From positions 838-64,837 of the forward strand of contig JAQTPW010000004.1 of the NCBI GenBank assembly GCA_028712565.1: a stretch of 64,000 nt of DNA. The letters are read 5' to 3'. The position numbers and the translations under genes are program-made. The DNA comes from Minisyncoccota bacterium. GTDB taxonomy: Bacteria; Patescibacteriota; Minisyncoccia; Minisyncoccales; JAQTPW01. A model generated the notes under the pieces. It ran no database searches. It was given only the letters and a program-made list of their open reading frames with translations, and was not told the origin of the DNA. Each line of letters opens with the position of its first letter. Positions within the stretch are counted from its first letter, which is position 1. Of this stretch, positions 59,765-64,000 are shown piece by piece.

Positions 59765-60940
59765 ATGTCTCTTTCCGTCGGCATTGTCGGGTTGGCAAAT
59801 GTAGGCAAATCTACTTTATTTGAAACCCTGACAAAAAAACAAGTTAATATTTCAAATTATCCTTTTTGCACCATAGATCCGAATATCGGAATTGTTGAGG
59901 TTCCGGACGAACGGCTTGAAGAATTGGCCGCGATTTTTCATTCGGCAAAAAAAATTCCAGCGATTGTAAACTTTACCGATATTGCGGGTTTGGTAAGAGG
60001 AGCCAGTAAGGGAGAAGGGCTGGGAAATCAATTTTTGGCGCATATTAGAGAAGTGGACGCTATTTTGTTTATTGTCAGGTGTTTTGAAAATCAAGAAATT
60101 ATCCATGTGGAAAAAAGCGTAGATCCTATTCGAGATATAGATATTGTTAATATGGAGTTGATTTTTAAGGATTTGGAAACCTTGCAAAAAAGAATAGAAA
60201 AAGCAGAGGCAGACGCAAAAACTGGAAAGAAAGTAATTATTAACGAGTTGGAATTATTGAAAAATTTAAAAACCGCCCTCGAAAAGGGAATTTTGGCAAG
60301 GCAGTTTGTTGAACAAAGCAAAAATCTATTTGATGAAAGTACGGCATCGGGTTTGGAGAATTTGAAAACTTTAAAAGAAATCCAGTTATTAACTGCAAAA
60401 CCTGGCATATATATTTTAAACGCCCAGCCCAAGGCTGGTCCGCCTGGGGCGGAAAATACTTTCGAGGTGTCTCCAGAACTTGTCAAAAAAATAAAAGATC
60501 TGAATTCAGAATATATTGTCGCCAGTTTAAGGGATGAATATGACAGCAGCAAATTTACAGAAGCAGAGAAAAATGAATTGGGTTTAACTGAATCAAAATT
60601 AAATGAAATTATTGTAAAATCTTACAAAACTCTGGATTTGATTACTTTTTTCACAACAGGTCCTGACGAAACCCGCGCTTGGACAATAAGGCGGGGGACG
60701 AAAGCTCCGCAGGCCTCGGGAGTAATCCATACTGATTTTGAAAATAAATTTATTTGTGCAGATACTATCAATTGGGAAAAGTTGGTGGAGATCGGCAAAA
60801 GTAGCCCTTCGACCCATTCGACAAGCTCAGGGCAAGCTGACGCTTGGAGTTTGGCTGGAAAGCAAGGACTATTAAGAATGGAAGGCAAAGAATATATTGT
60901 TCAAGACGGCGATGTGATTGAAGTGAAGCACGGTCAGTAA
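59765..60940 (+). CDS. ychF: ribosome-binding ATPase YchF
   Basis: GIVGLANVGKSTLFETLT, FTDIAGLV, FFTTGPDETRAWTI, C-terminal EGKEYIVQDGDVIE. Carries two repeat-derived in-frame inserts. Confidence 0.9.
   Translation: MSLSVGIVGLANVGKSTLFETLTKKQVNISNYPFCTIDPNIGIVEVPDERLEELAAIFHSAKKIPAIVNFTDIAGLVRGASKGEGLGNQFLAHIREVDAILFIVRCFENQEIIHVEKSVDPIRDIDIVNMELIFKDLETLQKRIEKAEADAKTGKKVIINELELLKNLKTALEKGILARQFVEQSKNLFDESTASGLENLKTLKEIQLLTAKPGIYILNAQPKAGPPGAENTFEVSPELVKKIKDLNSEYIVASLRDEYDSSKFTEAEKNELGLTESKLNEIIVKSYKTLDLITFFTTGPDETRAWTIRRGTKAPQASGVIHTDFENKFICADTINWEKLVEIGKSSPSTHSTSSGQADAWSLAGKQGLLRMEGKEYIVQDGDVIEVKHGQ
60424..60453 (+). repeat. GC-rich twin-hairpin element (30 nt), in-frame in ychF
   Basis: CCAGCC-CAA-GGCTGG followed by TCCGCC-TGG-GGCGGA. 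Encodes QPKAGPPGAE. Same architecture as the ileS copies. Confidence 0.85.
60801..60850 (+). repeat. TTCGAC...CTCAGGGC family element in-frame in ychF
   Basis: GTAGCCCTTCGACCCATTCGACAAGCTCAGGGCAAGCTGACGC encodes SSPSTHSTSSGQADA. It sits where other YchF proteins have a short linker and resembles the minus strand of 44281-44352. Confidence 0.75.
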
Positions 60941-61087
60941 TACAACTTTGGCTCGCTTTGCGACGATACCCCGCCTTATATATGGCGGGGTGCCAAAGAT
61001 GATATACTGACCACGGTCAGTAATTGATTTTGCATTCCAAATGTTTTATTGATAGAATAGCTTAAATAACAGTTAATTATTTAAAAA

Positions 61088-61309
61088 ATGATTAAAAAGA
61101 TAATTTTATTAACCATTTTATTGTTAAGCTGTATTTTATTTCCCGAAATTTCTTTAGCGAATGATATCTCTACTGTGGATGCAATTTTTCTTGTTGTCGT
61201 TTTCTTTGGAGTGCCATTAATAATTTTAATAGTATTTGTGGTTCTAGGCATATTTTTTCTGAGGAAAATAAGAAAGAAAAATAAAGAAGATAGCCAAAGA
61301 AAATTATAA
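61088..61309 (+). CDS. small membrane protein (signal peptide plus one TM, basic tail)
   Basis: MIKKIILLTILLLSCILFPEISLA then VVVFFGVPLIILIVFVVLGIFFL then RKIRKKNK. Confidence 0.45.
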   Translation: MIKKIILLTILLLSCILFPEISLANDISTVDAIFLVVVFFGVPLIILIVFVVLGIFFLRKIRKKNKEDSQRKL

Positions 61310-61314
61310 ATTCT

Positions 61315-61713
61315 ATGTATAATATTAATGTTGGAGGTTATTTGATAAGTTTTTTTCTGACGGTTTTGATTGAATTTACTGTTGCTTTTATTTTTAAATA
61401 TAGAAATAAAAGATTTTTCTTAACTATTTTATTAATAAATTTAATTACTCAGCCATCCTTAAATATTTTACTTTGGGTTATCTGGCATTTTGTACATCCA
61501 CAATACTTAATACGGATATTTTTTGAAATAGCCGTTGTTTTTATAGAGTGGGGGTTATTAATTTATGCGTGGCCTCAGGAAAATAAAAAAAGATTATTTT
61601 TATTATCTCTAATAATGAATTTGGCTTCTTTTGCGATACCATATATTATTTTCAACACATTTATTTTTCGATTTTTATACAGATTTTTACCCATAAGAAG
61701 AATTTATTTTTAA
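61315..61713 (+). CDS. four-TM membrane protein, hypothetical
   Basis: Begins 5 nt after the previous stop. Hydrophobic helices with conserved-looking LIEFTVAF / EIAVVFIEWG motifs. Confidence 0.45.
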   Translation: MYNINVGGYLISFFLTVLIEFTVAFIFKYRNKRFFLTILLINLITQPSLNILLWVIWHFVHPQYLIRIFFEIAVVFIEWGLLIYAWPQENKKRLFLLSLIMNLASFAIPYIIFNTFIFRFLYRFLPIRRIYF

Positions 61714-61753
61714 TTAAAGTACTGCACTCGAAAAAGTTAATAAGGAGGATGAA

Positions 61754-61921
61754 ATGAAACTTGGTTGCTATAGAATAGGGAAAACGAATAAAAAAGAAAA
61801 AAGCCAATTAAAAGATGGCATTGCCAAATTTAGGCAAGCGATTATAAATGATGAGGAAAAAGAAAGGAACAAAATTTCAAATCTGCCGAAAGATTGGGCA
61901 AGTCGTCTAATAAGAAGCTAA
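61754..61921 (+). CDS. hypothetical 55-aa basic protein (below the ORF-track cutoff)
   Basis: AAGGAGGA SD at 61742-61749 and ATG at 61754. Translates as MKLGCYRIGKTNKKEKSQLKDGIAKFRQAIINDEEKERNKISNLPKDWASRLIRS*. Confidence 0.35.
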   Translation: MKLGCYRIGKTNKKEKSQLKDGIAKFRQAIINDEEKERNKISNLPKDWASRLIRS

Positions 61922-61931
61922 AGGAGGAAAA

Positions 61932-62159
61932 ATGAAATTGATAATTGAGGTTATGCCGGGGCATTTTTATAGGGTTTGGCAAGAAGGTGCCACGGGCACG
62001 CGCGGGCCATTGTCTGAAAGGATGGAGGCGAGAGAATATTTTTCTAAAAGAGAAGTTCTTGAGGCTATTGAAACGATGCTCCCCGAAGGCAATCCCGAGA
62101 CAGAAGAGAAGATTAGGAAAGCACAGCAAGAGCTCTTTAACCTGCCTTGGAAAAAGTAG
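61932..62159 (+). CDS. hypothetical 75-aa acidic protein
   Basis: A second AAGGAGGA SD at 61921-61928 then the ATG at 61932. GC-richer. The terminator hairpin at 62190-62215 follows. Confidence 0.4.
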   Translation: MKLIIEVMPGHFYRVWQEGATGTRGPLSERMEAREYFSKREVLEAIETMLPEGNPETEEKIRKAQQELFNLPWKK

Positions 62160-62187
62160 ACAGAGAGGAAATGGCTTCGATAGTTTT

Positions 62188-64000
62188 TTAAGCTCTACTT
62201 TCCAAAGTGGAGCTTTTAATTTTTTCTATGCTTTCCGATAGCATCTGGGCATAAAGATTCAAACCAATGGCATTTATGCTTCCTGACTGCTCTTTGCCTA
62301 AAATGTTTCCGGCGCCTCTGATTTCTAAATCTTTCATCGCGATTTTATAACCAGATCCCAGCTCTTCTGCTTCTTTCAAAGCTGTTAACCTTTCAGCTGC
62401 CAAAGCAGAAAGATTTTTTCCATAAAGAAAATAAGCAAAAGCTTGAATATAAGAACGGCCTATTCTTCCGCGAATCTGATATGCCTGAGAAAGCCCTAAT
62501 TTCGTCGCGTCGTCGGAAATCAAAGTATTTACATTCGGCAAATCGATTCCGTTTTCAATAATAGTTGTTGCAATTAATACATCGATTTTTTTATTCTGTT
62601 CGCCCGAGGCGGAAAAATCATTCATAACTTTCACCAAATCTTTTTCTTTCATCCTTCCGTGAGCGATGCCAAAACTGGCAGCCGGAAGTAATTTTTCTAA
62701 ATAATTTTTTACAGTTCCAATCGTTTCAACTCTATTGTGCAAATAATAAACCTGGCCATTTCTTTTTAATTCATTATTAATTGCTTCCTTTATAATTTCT
62801 TTTGACCAGGGTTTTATAAAAGTTTTAACCGGTAATCTTCCAGAAGGGGGAGTCTGCATTAAACTTATATTTTTCAAAGAAGACAAAGCTAAATACAGGG
62901 TCCTGGGTATTGGAGTAGCAGAAAGAGATAAAACATCTAAAGAAGTTCTGATTTTCTTTAGTTTTTCTTTTTGCTTTACCCCAAATCTTTGTTCATCATC
63001 GATTACCAGCAGCCCCAGATTTTTAAATTCAACATCATTTGATAAAACTCGGTGGGTCCCGATTACAATATCTACCCCGTTAAAAATCACGCTCGCGCTT
63101 GCGCGCCCGAAGGGTCTGCGAGGCGGGCTATTTCTAACGGGGTCTATTTTCCCCTTTAGTCTTTCGATTATATTTTCCTGCTCTCTCTTTGATTGCAGTC
63201 TGGAGAGTAAGGATACATTAATTGGCAGATTTTTTAATCTTTCTTTGAAATTATGAAAATGCTGGTTTGCTAAAATTGTTGTGGGGCAAATCATTGCTGC
63301 CTGATACCCCGAATTTACCGCTTTTACCAATGTTCTCAGGGCAACCTCTGTTTTTCCGAAACCAACATCTCCGCAGACAATCCTGTCCATTGGCTCTGGT
63401 TTCGCAAGATCGCTTTTTATATCTTCAATTGTCTGGATTTGGTCTGGAGTTTCTTCATATTTAAAACCCGAGGCGACTTGAAGATCTATCTCATTGTCGG
63501 GCAAATAAGGAGGCCGAGTGGCAACCTCTCTTTTTGCATAAATTTCTAATAATTCTCTTGCTAATTTTTCCGCCTCTTCTCTTACTCGTTTTTTTGTTCT
63601 TTGCCAAGTTAAAGAGGTTAATCTGGAAATTTTTGGTTCTGCAAATCCGATATAACGGGAAAGTTTTCTTTCCAAGCCAACCGGCACGTAAAGCTTATCT
63701 CCTTGCGCATAGTCAAGAACGTAGTAATCTTCGGTATTTTGAATTTGTGATTTGAGATTTGTTTGTAATTTGGGATTTGGGATTTGGATTTTTTCAATTC
63801 CGCGAAATTGTCCGATTCCGTGATCCAAGTGTACCAAATAATCTCCGGGTTTTATTCCCTTTAAGTCCGAAAATAATTTTTGGGATTTCAACCTCTTTTT
63901 CAGAATATCTTTTGCCTGCCTTTCGTCTTCAAAAGTTGCCGGCAATTCAAAAATTTCCTCAATTTTGTTTCCGAACAATTCAAAACGAACCGCTTGGTTC
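62188..64000 (-). CDS. mfd: transcription-repair coupling factor Mfd (5' end beyond the window)
   Basis: LKPGDYLVHLDHGIGQFRGI, helicase motifs CGDVGFGKTEVA, DDEQRFG, SATPIPRT, and the TRG-like QIRGRIGRS. The frame stays open to base 64000. Confidence 0.85.
   Translation of the reverse strand, partial: NQAVRFELFGNKIEEIFELPATFEDERQAKDILKKRLKSQKLFSDLKGIKPGDYLVHLDHGIGQFRGIEKIQIPNPKLQTNLKSQIQNTEDYYVLDYAQGDKLYVPVGLERKLSRYIGFAEPKISRLTSLTWQRTKKRVREEAEKLARELLEIYAKREVATRPPYLPDNEIDLQVASGFKYEETPDQIQTIEDIKSDLAKPEPMDRIVCGDVGFGKTEVALRTLVKAVNSGYQAAMICPTTILANQHFHNFKERLKNLPINVSLLSRLQSKREQENIIERLKGKIDPVRNSPPRRPFGRASASVIFNGVDIVIGTHRVLSNDVEFKNLGLLVIDDEQRFGVKQKEKLKKIRTSLDVLSLSATPIPRTLYLALSSLKNISLMQTPPSGRLPVKTFIKPWSKEIIKEAINNELKRNGQVYYLHNRVETIGTVKNYLEKLLPAASFGIAHGRMKEKDLVKVMNDFSASGEQNKKIDVLIATTIIENGIDLPNVNTLISDDATKLGLSQAYQIRGRIGRSYIQAFAYFLYGKNLSALAAERLTALKEAEELGSGYKIAMKDLEIRGAGNILGKEQSGSINAIGLNLYAQMLSESIEKIKSSTLESRA
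62190..62230 (+). terminator. rho-independent terminator overlapping the mfd 3' end
   Basis: Stem AAGCTCTAC 62190-62198 / GTGGAGCTT 62207-62215 (one G:U pair), followed by TTAATTTTTT. Confidence 0.55.
63075..63142. repeat. 68-bp GC-rich element with 13-nt terminal inverted repeats, in-frame in mfd
   Basis: CCCCGTTAAAAAT ... ATTTCTAACGGGG (12 of 13 complementary) flank a GC-rich core. Encodes DPVRNSPPRRPFGRASASVIFNGV, inserted just before the conserved DIVIGTH block. Confidence 0.8.
63735..63793 (-). repeat. AT-rich AAATCC(C/A)-type module in-frame in mfd
   Basis: The minus strand reads AAATCCAAATCCCAAATCCCAAATTACAAACAAATCTCAAATCACAAATTC and encodes IQIPNPKLQTNLKSQIQN. It shares an exact 18-mer with iorA 38059-38076. 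Confidence 0.85.

Noticed and set aside
61842-62241. Overlapping ORFs 61842-62129 (minus) and 61945-62241 (plus, other frame)
   Set aside because: Only the 61932-62159 frame has a perfect SD at the right distance and stops before the terminator hairpin. The others are kept only as a sign of locally raised GC.

Overview
AT-rich (about one-third GC by eye), very gene-dense 64-kb chromosomal window. It looks like a streamlined Candidate-Phyla-Radiation / Patescibacteria-type bacterium; this is an inference from gene content, short proteins and repeat-derived peptide insertions, and no database search was possible. The genetic code is standard: TGA ends recO, glyQS and metG.

About 70 CDS are present, mostly housekeeping:
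- five aminoacyl-tRNA synthetases (argS, ileS, glyQS, metG, leuS)
- smpB-ssrA(tmRNA)-infC-rpmI-rplT on the minus strand, plus tRNA-Leu(CAA), greA and a DksA/TraR-like gene
- DNA repair and recombination: EndoQ-like PHP nuclease, PolX, NUDIX, MGMT, recO, dprA, topA, mfd (truncated by the window edge)
- envelope and sugar genes: murA, glmS, yvcK-like, GlmU-like, BadF/GlcNAc-kinase-like, PAP2
- glyA-folD, iorAB, mtnP-ade, rtcA-ispH

I saw no rRNA, CRISPR array, transposase or integrase.

Observations worth a second look:
1. ileS carries an apparently intact histidine-phosphatase (PGAM-like) domain of about 200 aa nested in its catalytic core.
2. Many essential genes (ileS, ychF, rsmI, mfd, iorA, topA, polX, argS, metG, a sugar kinase) carry short in-frame insertions. 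These belong to recognisable repeat families (30-nt GC-rich twin hairpins, a TTCGAC...CTCAGGGC family, a 50-bp palindrome, a 68-bp element with terminal inverted repeats, AAATCCCAAAT-type AT-rich modules). Some families also occur in intergenic regions.
3. An 18-bp x 8 tandem array sits upstream of a membrane-anchored wHTH + PaaX/Cas2-like protein.
4. A candidate accessory cluster at 39.3-44.2 kb is nucleotide-centric: divergent SAMHD1-like HD protein, MazG, ACT, M24 and a standalone DprA/SLOG-like Rossmann protein.
5. Orphan GC-richer genes lie next to tRNA-Leu and in a small-protein cassette at 61.1-62.2 kb.

All functional calls come from motif recognition by eye, and all novelty claims need database checks.
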